Positions 42,622 to 53,200 of a stretch of 64,000 bases of DNA are shown here, in pieces (the stretch's first letter is position 1; each line of letters starts with the position of its first letter). A program made the position numbers and the translations under genes. The notes under the pieces were generated by a model. It had not been told where the DNA came from. It saw only the letters and a list, made by a program, of their open reading frames with translations, and made no database searches. The DNA is from Cladosporium halotolerans (taxonomy: Eukaryota): positions 682,001 through 746,000 of the forward strand of contig NW_027191454.1 in NCBI RefSeq assembly GCF_011745625.1, read 5' to 3'.

Positions 42622-43772
42622 GGTGAGGCTTGGTGGTGCGTTTCACGGATGCTTATTCACCAGACGGCGAGGAAGATCTCAAATTCAAGGCGATTTGTGG
42701 ATTGTGGTGTAGTGGTGTGGCAGATCATAATATTACAAGACAGTCATGTGAAGTCTACGAAGAACCCGGCTCGGTCAGACTTCGAACCGCAGCATTGCTT
42801 CTCTGCATGCAATCCAAATGATCACGAACGGTGGTTCCGTACTAAAGGATAAGGAGAAGAAATTGCTTTTGGACTGGTGTAACTGTCTGACTTGATTCAC
42901 TCTTTGCATGGGACGCTGGACAGCACGTGTTCGCAATAGACAGTACACATCCCACCTGTTGAAGCTTGGACCCAACCCTTGCACCCAGCACCGCGCTGCC
43001 CTGACACGCCTGGTTAGCTGCAGCCTCGGCTTGCTGCATGTAACAGTCGCTATAGGTACCCGGATGCATGCTGAGGATTGCTTCGACCTTGCGCGGCAAT
43101 GCTCGTGGGTGCAGGCCGGCTCCTCGCTCGACCAGGCGTGCTCACAGTGTCCGTCCACTCAGAACAGCAGCGATCCTTGGTGATCACCAGCCGTCGTCAC
43201 GGTGCTGGGTCGCTGGCGCCGGCTACCAGGCAAACCCATTTTTCTAGGTTGCGGGAGGCATCGCTGGAGGGCCCGTCGGCGTCGAGTGGAAGCGGTGAAA
43301 ATTCTCGACGGGGCCCGCGCCCGCGACTCGCGCTTGCTTCAACCAACCGCCCGCCAGCCCGCCGAAGCGCAGGCCGCCAAAGCAAAGCCCGCGCAGGCCA
43401 GCAGAGCCAGCCGCCGGCTAGCAGCGCAGCGCAGGCTCAGGCTCTCAGGCTAGCGAGCGCCCTCTAACCTCTGCCCGACGTCGACTTTCTTCGTCCGTGC
43501 CACCGCCCGACATCTTTGCTGCCTCTGCCTCTGCCTCTGCCACGCCGCCCGCGCCCTCTGCCGGCACCTCGCCAATCGCATACGCCCCGGCTCCGTGCGA
43601 CCACCGCTCCCTCGCTGCACGCACATTGTCGCCGACCTTGCGCCCACCGCCCGTCTCACGCCCGCCCGCCGCCGCCGACTCGCAGCTGTTTCCGCGCCAG
43701 GAAGCGGCGACCTCCAACCACGTCCCCATACGCAATAGCAATGAAGCCGGTCCTCAGTCTCCACCACGAGCG

Positions 43773-46700
43773 ATGGAAAGCAGCGGAGCTGGCGCGCATG
43801 CCGTGCTGGCCACTCCAACACCCGTGCCCCAACCTCTGAACGACATTGGGGCCAAGATGGACTTTGACAACCTAGGCTGGATGGGCCTGGACGATGCCGG
43901 GACCGCGCAGGACAGCAACACCCTCCTGCAGTCCCCCTTCAACGACACCTTCGTCGCCAATCCCTTCCAATCAAGCAACTTGCGACAGAGCGTGGACGGG
44001 AATATCGCGAATGGCGCGCAGCAGACCGAGCAAGAAGCGTCTGCGCCGTCCAACTTTTCAGTCCCGAAGCAAGAAGAAATCGAAATCACAGATCCAGCTA
44101 CGGCACCTCTGCCCTTCGACGCTAGTATGGATAGCAACAATCTCGACACTGTGCCGGCGTCGCAAGAAGCCGCAGATTTTGTATTCGACGATGACTGGAC
44201 CCAAGCCCCAACAGTGCCCGAGACCTCACAGGCACCGTCAGAGCCGGAGAAGCCTGACGCAGCAGAAATGAACGGATTTGCGCAACTGAGTTTTCAGGAC
44301 GGAGAATTCCTGGTGACGACTACTCAAGTAATTCTTGGGCGCGACGACAAGTTCGCGAAGAAATATCAGCAGGAGCAGAAGCTGGCTAAGAGGAGGCTCA
44401 AGGAAGGAAGCCGACAGGCTAAAGAGGTCGAAGCTCAGGCAGCACTTCACCAATACCAACAAGAGCCGAGCCAGCCCTCAGCGCATGGCGAAGACCCATC
44501 GCCCAATTCAAGTTCACTTGAAGGCCGACCGGCGCGCGGCTTGGCCAGCGCTTACAGCGAACAAGGCGGTATCGTTGGATTGCCCGAGGATGAAAAGCGC
44601 AGGAGAAGGAAGAACAAGAAGAGAAGGAACCTGCTTTTCTCTGGCCAGTCTTCATCTACGACATCTGTCGCGCCCGCCAACCTTCACACGTTCAAGTACG
44701 ATATCTCACCTGGCCCAGACGACGATTCGGAAGATGTACAGAAACCCGTCTTCCTGCCGGTGCACCCGAACAATCCTGCCGACATCAAGCTCATCTCGAG
44801 AGAACACTTGCAGATCGAGTACAATTCTGACAACCAACGATGGGAGCTGCGTATCCTGGGTCGGAGCGCTTACGTGAAGAACGAACATTACTTCGTCGAA
44901 GTCGATGGTGCCGACGGCTGGGAGGACTGCGAGCCGAAGCTCATGGAAAGGGACGAAGTCGCAGTTCTCACACATTCCACGGAGATCATTGTCGCTTCTC
45001 TGCGATTACAATTCAAGCTTCCCCGTAACAAGGTCGTCTCTACGTTTGATAGTGACAGCGAATTGAGCGACGCACCCAGCAGTCCCGGCCTTGAAGCCTC
45101 CAATCGCTTGGGCGGCGAGGGAAGCGATTCTGATTTGAGCGATGAAGAAGACGCGCCTCTTCAGTCTGTCAAGCAGAAGAAGCAAAAGAAACACAAGAAG
45201 GAAGACAAAGCCAGATCAGGGAAGAAGCCTGTGGTCATTAGTCTCAAGAAACGCAAGGAATCTGACGCCTCGCCTACAAAGCCGCCGCCTGTGACTCCCA
45301 ATAAGGCTGAGAAGGGCAAGAGGCCTAAGAAAACGGTCGCTGCTGGATCGGAACCTCAGCCTCAACCGGCAAAGGAAGACAAGAAGGAAGCGCCTCCGCA
45401 ACCGATGACACTACATCTTCCACCACCTCCTACACCAGCTCAGGCCCAGGAACAAGCTCAGCCACAAATTCAGACCCAACCTCAGCAACAAGTGCAGCAA
45501 TCGTTCGACTCAGCGCCGCCAGAAACCCCTGCATCAGTCACTTCGGCTCCCGTTTATTTGCCTCAAGCTCCTCCTGCTGAGCCTGTAACTTTCGAGCCTG
45601 GCTCAATGCTCAGCGAAGTCCCCATGGACCAGCTGCCCGAGAAGCGTAAAGGTCCCGGTCGCCCTCCTAAGAACGGTCTCATCTCTAAGCGTGACATGGG
45701 TATCATTCGCCGCAAGCAGAAGGAGTTCGAAAAGCAGGGTATACCCGTACCACCTCTTGACGAGCTGGTGCGCATTGTTCGTACAGAAAACAAGGCAAAG
45801 GAAGCCGCCGCAAAGGCTGCTGCTCGCGGTGAACCAGCACCAGCAATTGCGCAGAACTTCCCGGTCATGCAGAGTATCGAAGTGAACCAGGAGCCCAGTT
45901 CCAGCCAGGGTCCTACTTATGTACCAGCAGTTCCAACGCCCATTCACCCTACACTTCGAGAGGGCGATTACACATCTGCAGATGCAGAAGCGAAGGGCTC
46001 GCCCAAGAGGCAAAGAACTTATCGTTCGCCTTCGCCGATGAAATCCAAGGAAGATTGTACTGAGGAGGAGCTTAAGAAGCCTAACCATACGTACTACACC
46101 ACGTTGGACGAAATATTGTCTGAAGGACCGCCAGAAGGACTCGAGCTGCAGCAGATCTACGACAAGATTTGCAAAAAGTACCCTTACTACAAGTATGGGG
46201 TGGATGGTCACGGTTGGCAAAGTAGTGTCCGACACAATCTCAAGCAGCACGACAGGTTCCAGCAGGTCACGAAGCAAGGCAAAGGATGGCTTTGGGCAAT
46301 CAATCATGAGATCCCCTTCGACAAGGAGAAGAAGAGGAAGCCCACCCCACCACCTGTGCAGCGGCCACCAATGGCTTACGGAATGGCGAATGGCATGGCG
46401 CACCAGCCAGGAATGCAACAGTACGGCAACCCTTATGCCTACAGTCAACCCATGCCCAACGGTCAGCCTCCATATCAGCAGCCTCCGGCGCAAGCCGGAC
46501 AGCAGTATGCATCGCCTTACGGCCAACCTGGGCAACAGCCTTATGCACAGCCTGGAGCACAGCAGTACATGCCACCTGGATCACAGCCTCCCGGAAACCC
46601 GCAATATCCCTATCAACCACAACAGCAGCAGGCCCAGCCGTCGCATTATCAACCAAACGGCGCCACTCACCCGCCACCGCCAGCTAGAGCAACCCCGACC

Positions 46701-48194
46701 GCTCCGCGCCAGGGATCTGGTACACCGCATCCGCAACCCGGCTTCAGTAATCTTGTCGACGAGATCATGGCGTATCGCAGTAACCACCTCCGCCCGTACG
46801 CGCACTTGCAGCACACCCCGCTCTACAAGGAGCAAGAGGACGTTTTCAAGAAATGTGTCGAATGGATCTCGGAGCTGCAGAGCAACGGCACACCTCAGCT
46901 CAATTTCGCCAACGACCAAGAGCGCAGGGTATTTACCGACTTGGAGAAGATCATGCGGAAGTACCAGAATCCGGCTCCCGCTCCAGCATCGACTTCTGCA
47001 CCGAGCGCGCAGCAACCAGGTGCCACTGCCTCGAATGCACCAGCGGCGCCGCAAGCGCCTGGCGCAACTGGAGCTCAAGCACCTGCGACAACTGGTACTG
47101 ATGGGACGGCAACAACAGCCACGGCCGATGCTGCTGCGGCCGGAACGAAGCGACCTGCGCCTGATAGCGGTGGCACTGAAGGGGCTGAAGGGTCTGAAGC
47201 TAAACGAGTGAAGGTGGAAGGCGACGGCGCACAACAAAACATGTCGACAGCAGCGCCGCAAGCGAATACTGTTGCAACTGCTGGCGCTCCAGCTCCGCAG
47301 CAGGCGACACAGACTGCAGATGGGAACAATCAAGCTCAAGCATCAGACAACGCAAATGCTCACTCGACGGATCCTGTCTTCGATTTCTCGAACCCGTCAG
47401 GTCCACAAGATCCTGTCTTCGATTTCTCGACGCCAGACAATCCGGCGGATCAATCTGCTCAGCCCGTGTTCGATTTCTCGCAGCCCACGACAGCTGAGCC
47501 TGTGCCTGCGCCGGCTTCTGCGCCTGCTGGACAACCGCAGATCCCGCAACCCCATGCTCCAGTCAACCAGATGGCCCAGCAGCCGCAGCAGCCTTATTCC
47601 CAGCCGCCCAGCCATGCCCCGACACCCCAGCCGGCACAGCAGCAGCACCCTCCTCCGCCGAGTAACATGCAGGCCTCCCAGCCTTATTCTCAGCCACCAA
47701 GTCAACCCCCGAGCTCTGCTCCGACACCACAGCCTCCTCAAACCTACTCACAGCCGCCATCTCACCCTCCCAGCGCTGCCCCGACACCGCAGCCTCACCC
47801 CCAAGCGCCATCCCACCCACCAAGCGCTGCTCCCTCACCCCACCCAGCTCAGCACTACTCTCAACCTCCACCTCAGCCCCCGAGCGCGGCCCCTACACCA
47901 CAGCCTCCTCCTCAACACTCCCAACCACCCTCCCAGGTCCCAAGCGCCACCCAAACGCCCCAGCCAACACAACACTACCAGCGGCCTCCCAGCAACGCGC
48001 CCACGCCCCAGCACGTCCAGCACGTCGGCAGCCAGCACGTCACGCCAATGCAATCCCCGGCTCCAGCGCACGCTTCGACCCCCCTGTCGATCGAGCACGC
48101 GGTCGAGACGATGCTTCCCGTGGCGACGAGCGGGCACAACACCCCGACGGGGTCCGGGACTGGTGGGCAGAACACGCCGGCGCCGCAGAGCTGA
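43773..48194 (+). CDS. FHL1: FHA- and forkhead-domain transcription factor, Fhl1-like
   Basis: Split FHA domain (GFAQLSF..VILGRD ... ISREHLQIEYN), AT-hook-like KRKGPGRPPK, forkhead KPNHTY..IYDKI..YPYY..WQSSVRHNL..GKGWLW, Pro/Gln-rich tail. First in-frame ATG is 43773. Confidence 0.8.
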   Translation: MESSGAGAHAVLATPTPVPQPLNDIGAKMDFDNLGWMGLDDAGTAQDSNTLLQSPFNDTFVANPFQSSNLRQSVDGNIANGAQQTEQEASAPSNFSVPKQEEIEITDPATAPLPFDASMDSNNLDTVPASQEAADFVFDDDWTQAPTVPETSQAPSEPEKPDAAEMNGFAQLSFQDGEFLVTTTQVILGRDDKFAKKYQQEQKLAKRRLKEGSRQAKEVEAQAALHQYQQEPSQPSAHGEDPSPNSSSLEGRPARGLASAYSEQGGIVGLPEDEKRRRRKNKKRRNLLFSGQSSSTTSVAPANLHTFKYDISPGPDDDSEDVQKPVFLPVHPNNPADIKLISREHLQIEYNSDNQRWELRILGRSAYVKNEHYFVEVDGADGWEDCEPKLMERDEVAVLTHSTEIIVASLRLQFKLPRNKVVSTFDSDSELSDAPSSPGLEASNRLGGEGSDSDLSDEEDAPLQSVKQKKQKKHKKEDKARSGKKPVVISLKKRKESDASPTKPPPVTPNKAEKGKRPKKTVAAGSEPQPQPAKEDKKEAPPQPMTLHLPPPPTPAQAQEQAQPQIQTQPQQQVQQSFDSAPPETPASVTSAPVYLPQAPPAEPVTFEPGSMLSEVPMDQLPEKRKGPGRPPKNGLISKRDMGIIRRKQKEFEKQGIPVPPLDELVRIVRTENKAKEAAAKAAARGEPAPAIAQNFPVMQSIEVNQEPSSSQGPTYVPAVPTPIHPTLREGDYTSADAEAKGSPKRQRTYRSPSPMKSKEDCTEEELKKPNHTYYTTLDEILSEGPPEGLELQQIYDKICKKYPYYKYGVDGHGWQSSVRHNLKQHDRFQQVTKQGKGWLWAINHEIPFDKEKKRKPTPPPVQRPPMAYGMANGMAHQPGMQQYGNPYAYSQPMPNGQPPYQQPPAQAGQQYASPYGQPGQQPYAQPGAQQYMPPGSQPPGNPQYPYQPQQQQAQPSHYQPNGATHPPPPARATPTAPRQGSGTPHPQPGFSNLVDEIMAYRSNHLRPYAHLQHTPLYKEQEDVFKKCVEWISELQSNGTPQLNFANDQERRVFTDLEKIMRKYQNPAPAPASTSAPSAQQPGATASNAPAAPQAPGATGAQAPATTGTDGTATTATADAAAAGTKRPAPDSGGTEGAEGSEAKRVKVEGDGAQQNMSTAAPQANTVATAGAPAPQQATQTADGNNQAQASDNANAHSTDPVFDFSNPSGPQDPVFDFSTPDNPADQSAQPVFDFSQPTTAEPVPAPASAPAGQPQIPQPHAPVNQMAQQPQQPYSQPPSHAPTPQPAQQQHPPPPSNMQASQPYSQPPSQPPSSAPTPQPPQTYSQPPSHPPSAAPTPQPHPQAPSHPPSAAPSPHPAQHYSQPPPQPPSAAPTPQPPPQHSQPPSQVPSATQTPQPTQHYQRPPSNAPTPQHVQHVGSQHVTPMQSPAPAHASTPLSIEHAVETMLPVATSGHNTPTGSGTGGQNTPAPQS
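47370..47480 (+). repeat. Three coding repeats encoding (D/Q)PVFDFS
   Basis: GATCCTGTCTTCGATTTCTCGA at 47370 and 47409; degenerate third copy at about 47463-47480. Confidence 0.85.
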
Positions 48195-49291
48195 GGGGTA
48201 CTGTGAGGCGGCGAGGTGACGGCCTGTCGAAGGGGAGCAACAACAGGCTGCGCAGCTTTTTCCAGCCAAGTTTTTCAAGCGTTTCTAGCGAGGAGTTCAT
48301 TTGTCTATTTGTGCTTCATGCGTGCGGTCTGGCAGCGCGCCCTCGACCAACCGAGTGGACCGCGCCCAAGAAGAAATCCGAAAGAAAAGCAGTGCTCTGC
48401 TCTTGTTATTAGGCAGATTTGCAAGAGATGGCGTTAATACCGTACCGATCGGACGGAGTCTGGTTTGAGTTTTGGCGGCGTTCTTGATTTCCTGGTTTGA
48501 CCGTACTTGAAAAGTTAAAGCGGTGGTGTCCACCGCGTGGCGCGAGCCGCGACTCGCCTTGCCATTGCGGAATGGAAGGCAGGCGGTTGTGCTCGGTGTT
48601 CTGCGACTTTTTTGTGCTTTTGCGAGGAAGGGGGGAATGGGGGTTAATGGGGTTTGACTTTTTTTGTGCTATTTCTTTGTAGATGAATTGACGACGATTC
48701 CGAGTTTACTTTCTGTGCTTTTCACTTCCGCAACGTTGCCTACCTTACCGTGACCTGTTGCTCTTGCTCGTATAGAGGGCGCCATTATATCCGAAGGTGC
48801 TGGGAGGGTCCATGAGAGGACGAGACTCGTCAGTTGGCATTTTGCTCAGAGCGTGAAAGCACGTTTGATGTTGAAATAATCTTTGCTCATTTTTTGGTCG
48901 GTAGATACTATTTACCTCACCTAGCGTCACGCGTGTCCGCGGACAATGCGTGCGCTGGTCACTGTTGAAATCGTCTTTCCCTATCCTCCTCTTCTTCCCG
49001 TTCTCCATCGCTTATGTACATGCTCGACAGTGTTCGTCGCAGCAGATGCTTTTTTCGTCGTTGCGTTGTGGTACCAGAGCCCTCCCTCATAAATCAATAA
49101 AAAAGACATTAAGAACCCGCAAGTCAGCGCCCCGAGCGCCGTCGCTATCACGTTGAGTGAAAACAAATCCCTTTCTCCTCCCGAGAAGGTCTATGGGAAT
49201 CCCAAAAAAACGCCGTGTGATACATGCGGACCCCGTGATGAGACGGGGCTGCACTTCTCGCCTGATCTCATTCTTGAGTCAGAATCTGAAT

Positions 49292-52200
49292 CTAGAACAG
49301 GCCCTGGATCTCGCCGGTCTCGAGGTCGACGTCAACATTCAAGTAACCCGGAGCGGTGGGCAGGCCCGGGATGGTCTGGATGTCGGCGGCGAGGGCGTAC
49401 AGGTAGCCGGCGCCGGCGGCCATGCGGACGTCGCGGATGGGGACGTCGAAGCCGGTGGGGGCGCCCTTGAGGGCGGCGTCGTGCGAGAGCGAATACTGGG
49501 TCTTGGCGATGCAGATGGGCAGGTTGCCGAAGCCCTGGGCGGCGTAGGTCTCGATCTTCTTCTGCGCGACGTCTGAGAAGGAGACGGAGGCGGCGCCGTA
49601 CATCTTCTGCGCGATGGCCTGGATGCGCGAGGCGATGTCGCCAGAGTCGGTCGGGTAGAGGAGCTTGAAGTCCTCGGGCTGGGACTTGGCGGAGGCGGCG
49701 ATGACGCCGTTGGCGAGGTCGACGGCGCCCTTGCCGCCTTCGGCCCAGTGGTTGGCGGCGATGGCGTCTTCTGCGCCGGCGGCGAGGGCTTCCTCGCGGA
49801 TGACGGCGACTTCGGCGTCGGTGTCGGTCTCGAACTTGTTGATGGCGACGACGACGTTCACGCCGTATTGGCGGGCGTTCTCGATGTGCTTCTTGAGGTT
49901 GATGCAGCCCGCGCGGAGGACCTCGAGGTTCTCCGTGCGGTAGACCTCGTCGAGCTGAGCGCCAGGCTTGATCTCAGGGCCACCGCCGTGGACCTTGAGG
50001 GCGCGGACGGTGGCAACGATGACGGCGACGTCAGGGATGAGACCGGAGTTGCGGCACTTGATGTTCATGAAACGCTCGCCACCCATGGTGAAGTCGAAAC
50101 CAGCTTCAGTGACGACGAAGCCGGTCTTGCTGTTGTGATCCTCATCGAGCTCGGTACCAGCAAGCTTCAGAGCAATGCGGTCGGCAATGATGGAGCTGTT
50201 GCCAATGGAAATGTTGGCGAAAGGACCAGCGTGGACGAAAACGGGTGTACCCTCCAGAGTTTGCATCAGGTTAGGCTTGATGGCGTCCTTCATGAGAGCA
50301 GTGAGGGCGCCACCGGCACCGATGTCATCGGCGGTGACAGGGGCACCGCTCTTGCTGCTGGCGACAACCATGCGACCAAGACGATCACGCATATCGGCGA
50401 GGTCAGTGGAAAGGGCGAGAACAGCCATGCACTCGCTAGCAACGGAGATGTCGAAGCCGGTCTCACGGGACTCGACCTTGCTCTCCGTGGGTGCTTGACC
50501 AATGGTGATGCCTCTGAGGTGACGGTCGTTGACGTCCAGGACGCGGCGCCAGGTGATGGTCTCCGGGTCAATGTCGAGACGAGCGAACTTGGCAATTTCC
50601 TCCTCAGTGAGCTCGTTCGGGTCGGTCTTCGTGATGCCAAGCTTCTGCAGACGCTTGAACATCACCGGCTGGAACTCGCGCTTGCCCTTCTTCTCCGGAA
50701 CCAGACGCTTGTAAAGAGGACCATCTTTCTGGGTAGCTTCGTGGAACATGCGGGTGTCAATGGCAGCAGCGAGAAGGTTGTTCGCGGCAGTGATGGCGTG
50801 GATGTCACCAGTGAGATGCATGTTAAACTCGTCCATAGGGATGACCTGGCTGAAGCCACCACCAGCAGCGCCACCCTTGATACCGAAAGTCGGACCCTGC
50901 GAAGGCTGACGGACGTTGGCGAAAGCAACACGGCCAAGCTGTCCGCAAAGAGCTTGCGTGAGACCAATGGTGGTTGTGCTCTTACCCTCGCCAAGCGGGG
51001 TTGGTGTAATACCGGCGACAAGGACGTAACGACCGTTGCGCCTGTGCTCAAGACGCTTCAGGACATCGAGAGACACCTTAGCTTTGTGAGCACCGTAGGG
51101 CTCAAGCTCATGCGGAGTGATGCCGATCTCGGCAGCCACCTTGTTGATCAGCTTGGGGTGCTGAGCACGAGAGATCTCAATGTCGGACGGGACGGGCTGC
51201 TGCAGCTTGAGGGGCAGGGGAGTAACGCCGCGTGACTTCTGGCGGTCAAAGTAGGTGTCTGCGCCGTCAACAACGTTCTGCATCAGCATAGCGACGGTCA
51301 TGGGACCGACACCGCCAGGAACAGGAGTGATGAACGAGGCCACCTCGGCAGCCGCCTCGTACTCAACGTCACCGACGAGCCTCTGGCCAGACTTCTTGGT
51401 GGAGTCGGGAATGTAGTTGGTGCCGACGTCGATCACGACGGCGTCCTTCTTCAGCCACTCGCCCTTGACGAAACCAGGCTTACCAATGGCAGCAACGACA
51501 ATGTCCGCACCCTTGACAATCGAAGGCAGATCCTTGGTCTTAGAGTGGCAGACAGTGACAGTGGCATCAGCGTTCTTCAGCAGGTAGCTGACAGGCGAGC
51601 CAACAATGTCTGAGCGGCCGACAACCACGGCGTTCTTGCCCTTGATGTCCACGCCGGTCGACTCAAGCAGAACCATGACACCCTTGGGCGTGCAGGGTGT
51701 GAAAGGCGGCTTCCCGCCCCTCTTGGCCAGCTCGCCAATGTTCATGGCGCCGAAGCCATCAACATCCTTCTCGTCGGCAACAGCACTGGTCACCTCGTAC
51801 TCGCGCAGGTGGCTGGGCAGAGGGAGCTGGACCAAGATACCGTGCACATTGGGGTCGTTGTTGTAGGCCTCGAGCTTCTCCAGGACCTCGATCTCGGTGA
51901 TCGACTCCGGCAGCTTGTCGAGGTGGCAGGCGATGTTGGCCTCCTCGGCGGCCTTGAGCTTCATGCGCACATAGGTGCTGCTGTCGGAGCGGTCGCCGAC
52001 CTGGAGGATGACCAGGGAGGGCTTGTAGCGCGGGTTCAGGGCCTGCTTGTCGGCGATGTCCTTGTTGATGCGCTCGCGGATAGAGCGGGCGATGGCAGTG
52101 CCATCGATCTTCTGGGCGGGCATTGCGGAGAGAGGGGTGGAGGAGAATGCACGGCGGGAGGAGTGCTGCGCATGCGGCGGCTGCGAGAGAGACGCGGCCG

Positions 52201-52399
52201 GGCGGGTGGAGGAGGAGTGAAGGTGGTGGTGGTGGTGGTGGTGGGAGAGGCTCAAGGCGCGGGCACCAGATGACTGTGACGACGCTGTAGGTGGGATGGG
52301 CGCGCGAGTTGAGGCACAGCTCAGCGCACGCAAATTCTGGCCCCGCTGCAGTCGCCGAATGCCGATCCTGCAGGCGGGCAGATGGGCGAAACGGGGCAT
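49292..52399 (-). CDS. ADE3: C1-tetrahydrofolate synthase (trifunctional; Ade3/Mis1)
   Basis: Intronless 1035-aa ORF; KIDG, YVRMK, HGILVQLPLP, KDVDGF, TPVPGGVGPMTVAML, TPLGEGKSTT, HAGPFANI, CIAKTQYSLSHD. Second in-frame ATG at 52123. Confidence 0.96.
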   Translation of the reverse strand: MPRFAHLPACRIGIRRLQRGQNLRALSCASTRAPIPPTASSQSSGARALSLSHHHHHHHLHSSSTRPAASLSQPPHAQHSSRRAFSSTPLSAMPAQKIDGTAIARSIRERINKDIADKQALNPRYKPSLVILQVGDRSDSSTYVRMKLKAAEEANIACHLDKLPESITEIEVLEKLEAYNNDPNVHGILVQLPLPSHLREYEVTSAVADEKDVDGFGAMNIGELAKRGGKPPFTPCTPKGVMVLLESTGVDIKGKNAVVVGRSDIVGSPVSYLLKNADATVTVCHSKTKDLPSIVKGADIVVAAIGKPGFVKGEWLKKDAVVIDVGTNYIPDSTKKSGQRLVGDVEYEAAAEVASFITPVPGGVGPMTVAMLMQNVVDGADTYFDRQKSRGVTPLPLKLQQPVPSDIEISRAQHPKLINKVAAEIGITPHELEPYGAHKAKVSLDVLKRLEHRRNGRYVLVAGITPTPLGEGKSTTTIGLTQALCGQLGRVAFANVRQPSQGPTFGIKGGAAGGGFSQVIPMDEFNMHLTGDIHAITAANNLLAAAIDTRMFHEATQKDGPLYKRLVPEKKGKREFQPVMFKRLQKLGITKTDPNELTEEEIAKFARLDIDPETITWRRVLDVNDRHLRGITIGQAPTESKVESRETGFDISVASECMAVLALSTDLADMRDRLGRMVVASSKSGAPVTADDIGAGGALTALMKDAIKPNLMQTLEGTPVFVHAGPFANISIGNSSIIADRIALKLAGTELDEDHNSKTGFVVTEAGFDFTMGGERFMNIKCRNSGLIPDVAVIVATVRALKVHGGGPEIKPGAQLDEVYRTENLEVLRAGCINLKKHIENARQYGVNVVVAINKFETDTDAEVAVIREEALAAGAEDAIAANHWAEGGKGAVDLANGVIAASAKSQPEDFKLLYPTDSGDIASRIQAIAQKMYGAASVSFSDVAQKKIETYAAQGFGNLPICIAKTQYSLSHDAALKGAPTGFDVPIRDVRMAAGAGYLYALAADIQTIPGLPTAPGYLNVDVDLETGEIQGLF

Positions 52400-53200
52400 A
52401 TTAGTACAGGCGAACAGGTAATCGTGCGCTTATCGTGTTGAACGGCGAGCAGAGGACGACCGAGAAGGGCAGGACGGAGCCCCGGCGGGTGGCATGGCGG
52501 AGGACCCGCGCTCTGACTAAAAATTATGTTCCATCGTGATGCTGAGACACGCTCCGACGCGCGGAGAGAGCACGGGCAGTGCGGCAGCGTAGAAAAATCA
52601 TCAAAACGGGCATCGGATCCAGCCCTGGAGCGCAGTTTGCGTTTCAGGGAACGATCGATCTAATCTGATCCTGTCGTCGAAAGCATCATTTGATTTTTCT
52701 ACTTCAAGATGCTGCTATAGTTGCTTTGGTATGCACCCAGTGTATGTTGATGTAGAGGGGCTCGTTCAAGACCGTCGAATGTGTTTTGGTCGATCGTCTC
52801 GTCCCAGATCGCACTCATCGCCTTATGGAAGGCTACAAGGAAATGATCGATGAGCCTCGGGCGAGATGACTCCAAAATTCTGCTACGGCCATTATTCACA
52901 CGAAATGAGTAGTCACAACTCATCTTGGATCCTGTGATATTCAATGCGACGAGATTGGCTGCCAGTCCAGGTTGCCAAAGTAGCCAACATGTGATTCGAG
53001 CGAAGGGGTGCACTGCCTGGAGAACGCTGCAGTCATACCGCCCAGAGCGGATTTGGCCCCGCGGTGTCACTCACCCTCGCTCAAGCGCTCAAACTGCGTG
53101 GGTGACAAAACTCTTGGCGTGTCTTTCGAAAGCCAGAGATATTATCGGTTGAAGACACCACCTACCGCGCCCGCACCCGCATCACATCCACACCGCCAAC

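Noticed and set aside
49748..51235. Long antisense ORFs (here 495 aa; also 2438-3475, 7692-8705, 14774-15712, 53247-54221)
   Set aside because: Shadow ORFs opposite GC-rich, codon-biased genes; no recognisable domains.
52866..52872. TGACTC (Gcn4/CpcA or Bas1 core) upstream of C1-THF synthase
   Set aside because: A single 6-bp match is not distinguishable from chance without conservation data.
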